A stretch of DNA of 64,000 nt, taken from NCBI GenBank assembly GCA_036337435.1, contig JAYZEG010000001.1:32001-96000 (forward strand), in the 5' to 3' direction. The position numbers and the translations under genes are program-made. The DNA is from Myxococcota bacterium. GTDB lineage: Bacteria; Myxococcota_A; Bradymonadia; UBA7976; UBA1532. The notes under the pieces were generated by a model that made no database searches, was not told where the DNA came from, and saw nothing but the letters and a program-made list of their open reading frames with translations. The stretch's first letter is position 1. Every line of letters begins with the position of its first letter. Positions 20,448 through 30,427 of the stretch are shown here, one piece after another.

Positions 20448-21242
20448 TCAATCAATTAGACCTAAACGCTCCGGTGCTCTCAAAAAATCAAGTATATCGG
20501 CTTCAACGTGTTCATGCTCGACATCCAATGGGAGGATATGCCAGCTTTTTGGGTAAATGATCAAGCGGCGGTTCGGCGTCTGCAGGAGATCATAGAAGAC
20601 TCGAGCATTGCGAACGGGTGCGACATGATCGCCGCGCCCGTGTAGGACGAGGACGGGAACGCTTAAACGCCGCGCCCGGTCAGCCGCCACCACTTGGCCA
20701 TCCAGCATGCTGGCTGCCGAGCTGAGGGGCGTACGGTCGTAACTGGGCATGGATGCAGCAATGGCCGGATCCGACACATCCGGTCCATTGGCTTTCTTCG
20801 CAAACGGATAGACCGCTGCAATGGGAATCTTGCGCGCCAACGACAAGACCGTCTGGCTTTTTAAATCGAGTTCGAGGGGGACTGCCATAGCCACGAGCCC
20901 ACCAACCCGTTGCCCGCGTTCTTGGGCGATCACCGTCGAGAGCAGAGCCCCCATTGAAAAGCCAATAATAAAAACTTTTTCATGACCAGCCGATAGCTCA
21001 TCGAACGACTGACGAGCTGCAACCAGCCAATCATTCCAACCCGTGTAACGTAAATGATTCGGCGTGGTGCCATGACCGGGTAGCAAGGGTACACTGACGT
21101 CATAGCCTTGTTCGGACAGCGCGCGCGCCAGAGGGCCGAAGGTGTACGGGCTTCCCGTCAAACCATGAAGAAGTAAAACGCCCGGCCCCTTTCCGGGGTA
21201 TCGGAGGGGGCGGGCGCGAGGATTAATTGAAAGTCCAGCCAT
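20448..21242 (-). CDS. Alpha/beta hydrolase, carboxylesterase / monoacylglycerol lipase-like
   Basis: LLHGLTGSP, LPGHG, GFSMG nucleophile elbow, Asp (DHVA) and His (SWH). Confidence 0.85.
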   Translation of the reverse strand: MAGLSINPRARPLRYPGKGPGVLLLHGLTGSPYTFGPLARALSEQGYDVSVPLLPGHGTTPNHLRYTGWNDWLVAARQSFDELSAGHEKVFIIGFSMGALLSTVIAQERGQRVGGLVAMAVPLELDLKSQTVLSLARKIPIAAVYPFAKKANGPDVSDPAIAASMPSYDRTPLSSAASMLDGQVVAADRARRLSVPVLVLHGRGDHVAPVRNARVFYDLLQTPNRRLIIYPKSWHILPLDVEHEHVEADILDFLRAPERLGLID

Positions 21243-21310
21243 TGGGGCTGCCTAGCACAATGAGCCTATTGGAACAACTCTCGTCAAGGAATTGTCACCG
21301 TCGTTTCCCT

Positions 21311-22975
21311 TTAAGAACGCAGGGAACGAACTCGACGGTGCAGTGGCCAAAGACAGAGCAATGCAAACCACATTAGCCCTGATGACTGGTCGTGATCCGC
21401 TGAACTACATGCGCAACCGGTGTTGGACCCTACGGCTAATTTCTCGCTAATTTCAGGGCGGTTATCGGTGACAACCTGCGTCTGTCCTGCGGGCATCTGA
21501 ATCTCGATGACCGACGCACCGGGCACGTCTGATTGACGAATTGTTTCACCTTCCTGTCGGACAATCACATTGGGATTGGCACCATCTCGCTCACGAAAAC
21601 TGAGCCCACTTTCCGTCTCGATGATCGCATTGTCCCAGTCTGGGCGACCCAGGACGCATGATACGCGGCGCACAGCATTGTAGACGTTTGATTGACTCTC
21701 CAAATCTCGGTTCCATGCAAAGACCGGGTCAAGAGTCATCTCCTCCGGACTCATGGTGGAATAAAGCCTTGTGAGATACGGATTTCTGCTAAATAAGTCT
21801 CCAATACCCTGTCGCACGTCATTAATTTCTGACTCGATTCGCGCCAGTAATGCATCGGTGTCGACGTCGATTAAGTCGGCGGAAGGGCTGCCTTCGAATC
21901 GTCGGGGTCGCATTAAGAATTCATTGATATCGATGGTCTCCGGGAGTGAGATCACGCCCCGGGCGATCCGGGCTAGGTCGCTGTCATTCTGGTTTAGTTC
22001 AGATCTCAGAATTGACTCGATTCGACTCCAGAGAAAAGCACCATCATCAGTGGGTTCAATCCGTCGAATGGCATCGAGTGCGTCCTCGCTAACAGTCGCC
22101 AGAAATACAGCATTTTCATGGGGTCCAGCAAAATCGGTCACGAAGGCTTGTCCGCCGGCTTCATCGACAGCCTGACTGACAACATCTGGGTAATTTGAAC
22201 CACGATTACGCCAATCGATGGTCGATTCATTAATGGTTACGTGGCGGTAATTCGTCGACACCCCTCGGGCATCTGCCAGCAAGTGTACAATGATGCCCAT
22301 ATCGGGATTGGCTGCCACCGATGTTGGCACGATGGGCACCGCTGGAATGTCACCTGCAAAACGCAAACTCAACGGCTGGACATCACCGCTGTCAGCGGCT
22401 GGGAGAAGCTTCAGCGCAATGAACGCACTGCCCATTTCAACATAGGGCGAGAGGGTTGCATCAGCTGCATCGGGAATTTGATATTCGTTTGCATCGAGCC
22501 AGTCTCGTAATGCGTCAACAGACGTCGGGAGGAGAACCGATAGGTCATAGGGTCCAACAGCCTCTCGGGATAAAACTGCCACCGAGTCAGCCTCGTCATT
22601 TTGCACACCAGCGTCTGCCCCTCCTGCTTCAAATAGCTCTGGTTCCGAGCCATTCCGAGCATCGAAGCTACAGTCATCATCAACTTCTGTTCTCAGATTA
22701 AACCGAGGCCCAAACTGAGTATCCAGCCGAGTGAATAACTGGTCGGTCGACAAACCGTATTCTACATCCCGAGGCACTGGTAAGAGCCAGCCAAACTCAG
22801 TGGGTGGGCCTTGATAGGTGATCCGAACATGCATCTCTAAGCCGTCGTCGATCTTCGAGAATAAAATCCGCTCGGCGGCCTGATTGACGGGCGTTCGCGC
22901 GTTACAAAAAAGGCCACCACAGGCGAGAACGGCCGCTGGTGAAAGTAAGAAAAAGAGAACCAATATATAGGGCAT
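21311..22975 (-). CDS. DUF2330 surface protein with MYXO-CTERM-like tail
   Basis: Signal peptide then ACGGLFC..VNQAAERILF; FGWLLPVP; TRLYSTMSPEEM; C-terminal GCAC + TM + RR. Confidence 0.85.
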   Translation of the reverse strand: MPYILVLFFLLSPAAVLACGGLFCNARTPVNQAAERILFSKIDDGLEMHVRITYQGPPTEFGWLLPVPRDVEYGLSTDQLFTRLDTQFGPRFNLRTEVDDDCSFDARNGSEPELFEAGGADAGVQNDEADSVAVLSREAVGPYDLSVLLPTSVDALRDWLDANEYQIPDAADATLSPYVEMGSAFIALKLLPAADSGDVQPLSLRFAGDIPAVPIVPTSVAANPDMGIIVHLLADARGVSTNYRHVTINESTIDWRNRGSNYPDVVSQAVDEAGGQAFVTDFAGPHENAVFLATVSEDALDAIRRIEPTDDGAFLWSRIESILRSELNQNDSDLARIARGVISLPETIDINEFLMRPRRFEGSPSADLIDVDTDALLARIESEINDVRQGIGDLFSRNPYLTRLYSTMSPEEMTLDPVFAWNRDLESQSNVYNAVRRVSCVLGRPDWDNAIIETESGLSFRERDGANPNVIVRQEGETIRQSDVPGASVIEIQMPAGQTQVVTDNRPEISEKLAVGSNTGCACSSADHDQSSGLMWFALLCLWPLHRRVRSLRS

Positions 22976-23040
22976 AAATTCATCTCCCAAACGCATTGCA
23001 GATGACCAGACGCATAGGCTGCTAAGTCTTACACAAATTA

Positions 23041-23070
23041 TTGACCCCGCCCTGATTTTTTTTAGATACT
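23041..23070 (+). promoter_or_regulatory. Possible sigma70-type promoter for the second DUF2330 gene
   Basis: TTGACC, 18-nt spacer, GATACT in the divergent intergenic region. Confidence 0.3.
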
Positions 23071-23139
23071 TTCGAAGAGGAGGCCAAAGCCCAAGTGGGC
23101 TTTAGGACAAATTCAATGCTCGAGGGAGGAACTGGGGAC

Positions 23140-24891
23140 ATGGCTAAACTAAACGTGATCACTGCTTTTTGGATTGGGCTCATCGCACCCTCCTTAGCCG
23201 CTGCGTGTGGTGGTTTTTTCTGTAATGCCCAACCTGTGGATCAACAGGCTGAAAGGATCATTTTCGTTCAGGAAGATGAGAATACGATCACCAGTTACGT
23301 GGAGATCCAATATCAAGGTGCGCCAGACGCGTTTGCCTGGATCGTCCCCGTGCCCGCTGTTCCGGATCTCGACACCTGGCAGTCGATGGCGTTTAACGCA
23401 TTGGACTTGGTGACAGAGCCACAATGGAACTTCCAAGACGATTGTTTTTTCCTGGAAGCCGACGCGCCGGCTGCCAATGGTGGTGCTGAAGACGGCGGTG
23501 ACCCGGTGATCGTCTTGGACCAACAACGTGTTGGCCCGTTCGATACGGTTACACTTCAATCCGCAGACCCACGAGAACTTGTACAGTGGCTCAGAGACAA
23601 TGAATATCGAATCGTGCCTGCTATGGAACCTTTCATTGCCCTATACACGGCAGAGAACATGAAGTTTCTAGCTATGAAACTGGCTCCGGGCGAAGACACC
23701 GATGCAATTCAGCCCATTAAGATGACCTACGCGGCCGCCAATCCTGCCATCCCCCTCCGGCTCACAGCCGTGGCAGCCCAACTCGAAATGGGTGTGAAAG
23801 TTTGGATTCTCGGCGACCAGAAATATGGGCCACGAAATGTACCTGATATCGCCATCGGCGACGATGACGTGGTGATGGACTTCAATCGATGGGAGAACAA
23901 TTACTTGCCTTTGGTGGCAAGGAAGGTCGATGCCGCGGGTGGGAAGGGATTCGTCACAGAACTCGCCGAACCGACAGAAAGACTCGTCGAGATTGTCCGC
24001 GAAAGCTTCGTACCCGATCGGGTGGGCCAAGAGGGGATTGACGCCCGTAATGCCCTGGCTGACCTCTTAGCCAGCAAGCCCTATATCACCCGTTTATACA
24101 CGCGACTTAGCCCTGAAGAGATGGACATCGACCCGATCTTTCAGCGGGTTGACGGCCCGGATGTGTCGAACATTCATGTCATTGAAGCCGAGCGAAACGG
24201 TGAGGAAGAAAACCTGTGCGCCAATGGCGAGATTCCTGAGGTGGATGCGTGTGCCTTTGAAGCGTGCGGAGCAGGTGGTCTTTGTGCTGAACTCGATGAA
24301 GCGCGAGGGCGGCAGCGCGCTGGATGTGCTTGCGTGGACGGCACCATCGCAAGGGCTGGTTTTGACCCACAGGGACGCCAAATTGTGTCTTGTGGAGATG
24401 CGCGCATTGATTTTAGCAGCGCGCCCGCCGACTCAGGACAAATCCAATTTCCGAATCTTTGTTCGTCGGGGAACTTCTGTGGCCAAAACGGCGAGTGCCT
24501 GACTTTAAATGGATTCCCGGCATGCCGGTGTCAACAGGGCTTCGTCGCCGTCGCCAATCTTGATGACCAAGGTATGCTCACGCCCACTTGTGTCGCATCT
24601 GCAGCGTCTAATGAACTCAATCTGTCGAGCATCGATTTACGGGAGCCCAATCTGCCCTATCCGGGACGAGTTACGGAAATGGACCCAATGCCAGTGGACA
24701 TGGTGGACGAGCCAATGGATATGACTCAAGACCCCATCGACCCGGCGACTCGACCTCAAGGTATGATGACATCGAGCGGCAGTGACGGTGGCTGTCAAAG
24801 CCAGGGACCACAGTCGGGTTCGCTCTGGTTGCTTATGGCACTCGTTGGCCTGTGGAGAGTCAGAAAGCCCAGCTTCAGCAGCGATTACTGA
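23140..24891 (+). CDS. DUF2330 surface protein with EGF-like Cys domains and MYXO-CTERM-like tail
   Basis: ACGGFFC..VDQQAERIIF; FAWIVPVP; TRLYTRLSPEEM; EGF-like CGQNGEC...CRCQQGF; GGC + TM + basic end. Confidence 0.85.
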   Translation: MAKLNVITAFWIGLIAPSLAAACGGFFCNAQPVDQQAERIIFVQEDENTITSYVEIQYQGAPDAFAWIVPVPAVPDLDTWQSMAFNALDLVTEPQWNFQDDCFFLEADAPAANGGAEDGGDPVIVLDQQRVGPFDTVTLQSADPRELVQWLRDNEYRIVPAMEPFIALYTAENMKFLAMKLAPGEDTDAIQPIKMTYAAANPAIPLRLTAVAAQLEMGVKVWILGDQKYGPRNVPDIAIGDDDVVMDFNRWENNYLPLVARKVDAAGGKGFVTELAEPTERLVEIVRESFVPDRVGQEGIDARNALADLLASKPYITRLYTRLSPEEMDIDPIFQRVDGPDVSNIHVIEAERNGEEENLCANGEIPEVDACAFEACGAGGLCAELDEARGRQRAGCACVDGTIARAGFDPQGRQIVSCGDARIDFSSAPADSGQIQFPNLCSSGNFCGQNGECLTLNGFPACRCQQGFVAVANLDDQGMLTPTCVASAASNELNLSSIDLREPNLPYPGRVTEMDPMPVDMVDEPMDMTQDPIDPATRPQGMMTSSGSDGGCQSQGPQSGSLWLLMALVGLWRVRKPSFSSDY

Positions 24892-25601
24892 ATTTTCTTC
24901 AAGACCAATGTGTTGTTCTTTGTCAGGTCTTTAATCAACAGACGGTCGCCGTCGATAGTCCAAAGCTGCGATGCGATCTTGTCGCCTTTTTTGGTCTCAA
25001 TGGTCAAGACATTGCCCTCGCGTTTTAGGGTCTTGAAGGCGGTTTTTTCTGCGCGGAGCTGGCCCATGAAAGTGCCATTTGTCGCGAGTTCATTACTGCC
25101 AAACTGGATCTCCATTTTGAGATTTTGAAACATCTGCATGGTCATCGCACGCTGACCTTCCGGCAGTTTCTGGAATTCGGGCAGGGCTTCAATCCCTTTG
25201 GGATCGATGGTCCAGCGGCCAGCAAGGCCTTCTGGAGGGGTACCAGCCGGAACAGCGGGCTCCACGGGCTTATCTGGGGTCGCGCCCCTTTTAGCCGCTG
25301 TTGGGTGTGGTTGAGCGCACACATTCATTGCAGCCCCGACCGCTTTTTTAATGTCCTCCGGGCTCGCTGTACCGGTGGCTTTCAGGCTCTTTACAGAATC
25401 AAGTGCTGCCAAACACTCTGGGCTCCGCTTCGAATCGGATACTTTTGGCTTCGCGGCAGTCACAGGGCTCGTGGCAACTTTCGGCTTGGCAACCTCAGGC
25501 ACTTTCGCGCTCTTGGGCACACTCGAAGCTGGGCTGGTCTTCTCACACCCTAAAAATGAAACTGAGATAAGTAGGGCGGTGAATGTCGAAGTACGAATCA
25601 T
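24885..25601 (-). CDS. Lipoprotein with possible lipocalin-like C-terminal domain
   Basis: Lipobox FLGC; Pro/Lys/Ala linker; LAGRW then beta strands; GGAGGGAG upstream. Confidence 0.7.
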   Translation of the reverse strand: MIRTSTFTALLISVSFLGCEKTSPASSVPKSAKVPEVAKPKVATSPVTAAKPKVSDSKRSPECLAALDSVKSLKATGTASPEDIKKAVGAAMNVCAQPHPTAAKRGATPDKPVEPAVPAGTPPEGLAGRWTIDPKGIEALPEFQKLPEGQRAMTMQMFQNLKMEIQFGSNELATNGTFMGQLRAEKTAFKTLKREGNVLTIETKKGDKIASQLWTIDGDRLLIKDLTKNNTLVLKKIQ

Positions 25602-25723
25602 GAGGGCTCCCTCCAGAGTAGACCTATTGTAAATTGGTTGAGTCACCAACGGCCTTTAGGTAGCAGCGACTTGGACAATTGTTGACATTGCTGCTATGGC
25701 ACATCAGGACGACTGACGTCACG

Positions 25724-26338
25724 TTAATTGCTCGGTTTGCGTTTGAAAAACATCGGTTGTCCAGCCGTGCGAACAATGAGTTTCTTGTCTTTTTGAAGAA
25801 AGTGTTGGACGCGTTTCTCGCCGTCAATCAGCGTTTCCACGACCAGATTGTTACCCTCGCGACCCGTTATTTTGTAGCTGACCACTTCGTCTTGGGCGCG
25901 ACCTAAGAAACGGCCCTGCACCTTGATCGTCTCTTTGGTCAACGTCAGGCTGACATCTGACTTTGAGAGAACCAACTCGGCATTCTTCCGCTTATCTTCT
26001 GGGATCATTTTGAATTGTTGACTGCTCTTTACTGCATCAGCATCAAGAACCCATAGCCCCATCAGTTCCTCGGGTGGTGTGATCTCTTCATGCTCTTTAT
26101 GATCCTCATCTTCATCCTCAGCTTCATCCCCGTGTTTGTGCTCAGGGGCCGGCTTAGACGTGATTTTGATGCGAGTCGCTCCAGCACGCTTTTTGTTTTT
26201 CTCGACGATCGGGTCGGCTGTTTTGGCTTTCGAAACGGAGTCAGACTCCGAAGACGACTCAGGTGTCGTAGACGTCTTGCTGCAGCCCAAGACAAAGAGG
26301 CCCAGAAGACAAATTTGCAGTCGCTTTACATTCAACAT
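25724..26338 (-). CDS. Lipoprotein paralogous to 24885-25601, with His/acidic linker
   Basis: Lipobox VLGC; HKHGDEAEDEDEDHKEHEE; LMGLW, REGN.L..ET shared with its neighbour. Confidence 0.7.
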   Translation of the reverse strand: MLNVKRLQICLLGLFVLGCSKTSTTPESSSESDSVSKAKTADPIVEKNKKRAGATRIKITSKPAPEHKHGDEAEDEDEDHKEHEEITPPEELMGLWVLDADAVKSSQQFKMIPEDKRKNAELVLSKSDVSLTLTKETIKVQGRFLGRAQDEVVSYKITGREGNNLVVETLIDGEKRVQHFLQKDKKLIVRTAGQPMFFKRKPSN

Positions 26339-26469
26339 GTCAGCACCTTTGCTTTTTAGTTCTCAATGCGTATCGCTTGTCTGTTTTTTGATTTACAAGC
26401 ACTGCGGGTCGAAGATCAATCAACTAAGAAGAAAATAAGCGGTTACCCATCGAGTCTACGGAGCAAAAT

Positions 26470-27072
26470 TCATGACTCTGCTTGTCGACGACGGATCAAG
26501 ACCAGACAAACAAGTGCGGAGAGACCGCCCAGTAAAAAAACGGCCTGATGCTCCTGGATGAAGCGTAATGCCTGCGCGCCATAGGTCAGATAGAGAGAAT
26601 AGTAGACGCTTGTACTCAAACCGACTGCAATCACATCAGCGACAAGAAACCGAGCCATGGGCATTCGGCCGAGACCGGCGGCGAGCAAAAGCGCATTTCG
26701 GACACCGAATGGTATAAAGCGACCAATGATCAGGGCAAAGGAGCCATAACGCCGATAAAACCCATCAACTTTGTCCAAACGTTCAGGTGCCAACATGGAT
26801 GAAAACCACGATAACTGAGCCAACTTGGGTCCAAAATAACGGCCGAGTCCATAGCAGATAAAATCACCACACAATACGCCAAAAAACAGGCCGTAGAACA
26901 ATGGCCACACAAGGTCTGGATGTTCTAGTCCGAGGCCCGCCGCCGCAAAAATAACCAGATCTTCCGGTATAGGTAAATTGAATCCGGAGATGGCGAGCAA
27001 CGAAAAAATAAGCCAAGGAGCCAACGCTGCATTGCTGTTGATCATCACTAGAATTTGTTCGAGCCATTCCAC
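26470..27072 (-). CDS. DedA family membrane protein
   Basis: LPIPED, GDFICYGLGRYFG, GRFIPFGVR; GTG start after GAGGAG. Confidence 0.88.
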   Translation of the reverse strand: MEWLEQILVMINSNAALAPWLIFSLLAISGFNLPIPEDLVIFAAAGLGLEHPDLVWPLFYGLFFGVLCGDFICYGLGRYFGPKLAQLSWFSSMLAPERLDKVDGFYRRYGSFALIIGRFIPFGVRNALLLAAGLGRMPMARFLVADVIAVGLSTSVYYSLYLTYGAQALRFIQEHQAVFLLGGLSALVCLVLIRRRQAES

Positions 27073-27148
27073 TCTGATGCTCTCCTCGGAACAGCAGCTT
27101 ACAGTGCATTGCAACCATCTGGATCTGTTGAGCCGCTTGCGTGAGACC

Positions 27149-28150
27149 CTAATCGGTCTCTTCGTCTATCGTTCGGCCCACAATCCAATCAACATCAACA
27201 TCGACTGTCAGGACGCCATTGGCTCGCAGTCGGTCTCCGAGATAGGCCTCCGCAGTTTGCCGCGGATACGCTAAACCCTGGTCACCATCGAGGCAAGAGG
27301 CCAAGGGGTCCAGATATACGTCCGGATGTGGATGCATGAAGAAGGGAATAGAATAGCGGGGTCCAGCAGCACTCTGGGGTGCCCTCACACGGTGGGTTGT
27401 CGCTGGAATGAGACCGTTGGTCAAGCGCTGCATCATGTCCCCAGTGTCGGCAATCAACTGGCCTGGTACGGGCATAATCGGCAGCCACTCACCATCTCTT
27501 GTACGGAGTTCCAGACCAGGGTCCGACGCTTCGACCAGTAAAGTGATTAGGTTGATGTCTTCATGAGCGGCCGCCCAAATCCCATCGGTGGCAGGTGTCG
27601 GCGCCGGATATCTGATCATGCGGAGTACCGTGTTGCCTCCGTCAACCATTTGGCTAAAAGTCTCTTCGGGCTCACCCAGGTACAGTGCAAGGGCACGCAA
27701 AAGCTTCACTCCGCATCCGTGAAGTGCATTCCATAGGTGCAAGCTATCAGGCTTAAACGACGGGACTTCAAGAGGCCATATGTTGTCTGGAATCCGTCGT
27801 CGAAGTGGGTCATCAGGCTCGAATTCGGGGCCAACGTGCCAAAACTCTTTGAGATCGGCTGCCGTTGCATCTTTGGCTTTTTCTTTTCCGAAAGGCGTGT
27901 AGCCTCGCTGCCGCCCCATCTTTCGAAGTTCGTATTTGCTTTTCTGATGAGCAGCTAATTCGAAGAGGGTCTTCATGGACCCATATGCGCGCTTTAAAAC
28001 CTGTGGTTCTATGCCGTGATTTTCAATGGCGACAAAGCCATATTCGACAAAAGCCTTACCCAGCTGATCGACAAATGTACGCCGCTGGGCGGCATCCGTC
28101 GAATTGAAATCGTCAAGGTTCACGACTGGAATCGTCTGTTTCAAAACCAC
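27149..28150 (-). CDS. 2OG-Fe(II) dioxygenase, isopenicillin N synthase-like family
   Basis: IPVVNL, GF..I.NHGI, DLKEFW, HED...HRV metal triad, RYS motif. Confidence 0.9.
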   Translation of the reverse strand: MVLKQTIPVVNLDDFNSTDAAQRRTFVDQLGKAFVEYGFVAIENHGIEPQVLKRAYGSMKTLFELAAHQKSKYELRKMGRQRGYTPFGKEKAKDATAADLKEFWHVGPEFEPDDPLRRRIPDNIWPLEVPSFKPDSLHLWNALHGCGVKLLRALALYLGEPEETFSQMVDGGNTVLRMIRYPAPTPATDGIWAAAHEDINLITLLVEASDPGLELRTRDGEWLPIMPVPGQLIADTGDMMQRLTNGLIPATTHRVRAPQSAAGPRYSIPFFMHPHPDVYLDPLASCLDGDQGLAYPRQTAEAYLGDRLRANGVLTVDVDVDWIVGRTIDEETD

Positions 28151-28393
28151 ATCCCAAGCTGAAACCGGCCCACGTCATCACAGCACATTCATGAGGCCGA
28201 GATGCTCTCTGGCCGTATAGTCACCCGAAAGAGTTGAATTGGCTAATTTTGTCCTTCGTTTCTAACGAATAGCTTAAGATATGGCCCCTGCGAACGGCTG
28301 GTCTTGATCAGATTGGCCAACTGAGGCAAGTTGCGAGGGGTGAAGGATAATACAGGCCGTAGGAAAGCTATCTTGGGTCCAAAGCGAACGACA

Positions 28394-28675
28394 TTGAATG
28401 CAGTCGGATGGCTCGTCATCGTCTTAATGGGTTTGCTCAGTACAAGCTGCACGCGCACCGCCGATGAAGCGACTTGCGATAAGCTCTACACGCATATCAT
28501 CGCTCTTAAGACCGTTGGAGAGCCTGAGATCGTCAGAAAGGTAGAAGCCGATAAACTAGAATCTCAGCGGTTCGATTTTCTCGAATCATGTGTGGGGAAA
28601 TACAATCGGAAATTAACGGCGTGTTCATTGAGCTCAGATAGCCTCAGAAAATTGGAACAGTGTACTCATGAGTAG
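28394..28675 (+). CDS. Small lipoprotein with four additional Cys
   Basis: Hydrophobic segment ending STSC; C..LY.H, FLESC, LTAC, LEQC; start uncertain (ORF opens at 28331). Confidence 0.6.
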   Translation: MNAVGWLVIVLMGLLSTSCTRTADEATCDKLYTHIIALKTVGEPEIVRKVEADKLESQRFDFLESCVGKYNRKLTACSLSSDSLRKLEQCTHE

Positions 28676-28988
28676 TGAAAATTCCAAAGACGACAATCCA
28701 CTCATGACCTGGTTGGAGAATGGCCTAAAAAGTGGGAGTGGCGTCTCCAAACATCTGGTCAACAATTGGTTAGACTGGATCAAAGCAGGCCCTGCCCAAG
28801 ACATGGGGCGTAAGCTCATCGGTCAAGTGAAAGAGAGTCACCCAGAGACGGTTGATGAATGGGTTCGCATCGTACGGGCAGGCGTGTCGCGCGTGTCGAC
28901 GCAGTACTCAGCATCTGCGTCAACGGATGAGCCAAATCAAGATGAACAACCAGAGAGCAGACAAACCGAGCCTGGTCAGTCCGACTGA
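28668..28988 (+). CDS. Hypothetical protein (106 aa)
   Basis: Overlaps the upstream stop; amphipathic helices, acidic tail. Confidence 0.6.
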   Translation: MSSENSKDDNPLMTWLENGLKSGSGVSKHLVNNWLDWIKAGPAQDMGRKLIGQVKESHPETVDEWVRIVRAGVSRVSTQYSASASTDEPNQDEQPESRQTEPGQSD

Positions 28989-29083
28989 CCCTCCAGTGGT
29001 TTGACCTGGGAGGCTTGACGTGGACCAAAATCCTCAGCAGAGTCGGGGCGACGCATGGGAACAAAGAAATACGGAGTAAAGCA

Positions 29084-29719
29084 ATGAGAATGATATTGGT
29101 TGGTCCCCCCGGTGCGGGCAAAGGGACTCAGGCTGCGCGACTCTTAAATCGATTCAAGATTCCTCATATTTCGACCGGAGATATGCTGCGAGCCGCTGTA
29201 AAGTCGGGCACCCCGCTCGGGTTAGAAGCTGCAGGGTTTATGAATCGAGGCGAACTGGTCCCGGACGACGTGGTCATTGGTATGGCCATCGAACGAATCA
29301 GTCAATCAGACGCATCATCGGGCTTTATGTTAGACGGATTTCCGAGAACCCGACCGCAAGCAGAGGCACTCGAAGCAGCCTTAAAAAAAGCGGACATTGA
29401 ACTCGATGCAGTGATTTTAATCGAGGTCGATGACAGTTTGATTATTGAGCGGATTACGGGTCGGCGAACCGATCCTGATACCGGGACAATTTACCACATG
29501 ACCTTCAACCCAGCCCCGACAGACATCGTCGAACGGCTTGTTCAACGCAAAGACGATACCGAAGAAGCATGCGCTGCACGCCTGGTCAAATATCATTCGG
29601 ATACGGCGCCGATTATCCCTTTTTACGAGTCGCGAGGGCTGTTGAAGAGAGTCGATGGTCTGGGCAGCCCCGACGAGGTCACAGAACGTATGATTCATGC
29701 CATCGAAGGGGCCGATTGA
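29084..29719 (+). CDS. adk: Adenylate kinase
   Basis: GPPGAGKGTQ, HISTGDMLR, LDGFPRT, QRKDD; GGAG before ATG 29084. Confidence 0.96.
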   Translation: MRMILVGPPGAGKGTQAARLLNRFKIPHISTGDMLRAAVKSGTPLGLEAAGFMNRGELVPDDVVIGMAIERISQSDASSGFMLDGFPRTRPQAEALEAALKKADIELDAVILIEVDDSLIIERITGRRTDPDTGTIYHMTFNPAPTDIVERLVQRKDDTEEACAARLVKYHSDTAPIIPFYESRGLLKRVDGLGSPDEVTERMIHAIEGAD

Positions 29720-29761
29720 AGGCGTGTAGAAAACCCAGTCTGTGAGCTATGCGATCGCAGC

Positions 29762-30289
29762 TCAAGCTCGATAGACCCGCACGCTTTCCATTGAGATATC
29801 CTCCAATGGCTTGTCCCGACCGTCTCTTGGGCTGTTGGTGATGGCACTGATGAGCTCAACACCCTCAACGATCTCTCCGAATATAGCATGTTTATCGTCG
29901 AGCCATGGTGTAGGAACTTCGGTAATGAAGAACTGACTACCACCGGTATTTGGCCCTCGGTTAGCCATACTCAGCAGACCAGGCCGATCGTGTCGCAAGC
30001 CTGGATCGAATTCGTCAGCAATACAGTAACCGGGTCCGCCGACGCCGATACCTTGCGGACACCCAGCTTGGATCATAAAGTTTGGGATCACCCTGTGAAA
30101 GAGGATTCCATCGTAGAACGGACTCTCGGTGATAGCACCCGTAGCTAAGCCAACAAAATTAGCGACGGTGATCGGTGCCTCCGACTCGAATAGTCTGGCT
30201 TTCAATGTACCCATTCGGGTTGTGATCTCCACATAGAGATCGCCCTCGCCGTCAACATTAATGGGGGGTGGTGTAAATAAATCGGACAT
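29762..30289 (-). CDS. Cyclophilin-type peptidyl-prolyl isomerase
   Basis: [41 protein letters not shown]. Confidence 0.95.
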   Translation of the reverse strand: MSDLFTPPPINVDGEGDLYVEITTRMGTLKARLFESEAPITVANFVGLATGAITESPFYDGILFHRVIPNFMIQAGCPQGIGVGGPGYCIADEFDPGLRHDRPGLLSMANRGPNTGGSQFFITEVPTPWLDDKHAIFGEIVEGVELISAITNSPRDGRDKPLEDISMESVRVYRA

Positions 30290-30427
30290 GTCACTCTCCT
30301 ATGCAGCCTCAGGATAGGTCTGAGCTGTTGAATCTGGGGCACGATAGGTCACCTGGACTAGAGACGCAATGGCGAGAAAACAACAAGGGCGTCTTGAAGA
30401 CATTCTTTTCAGGTTGAGGTGAGTTGC

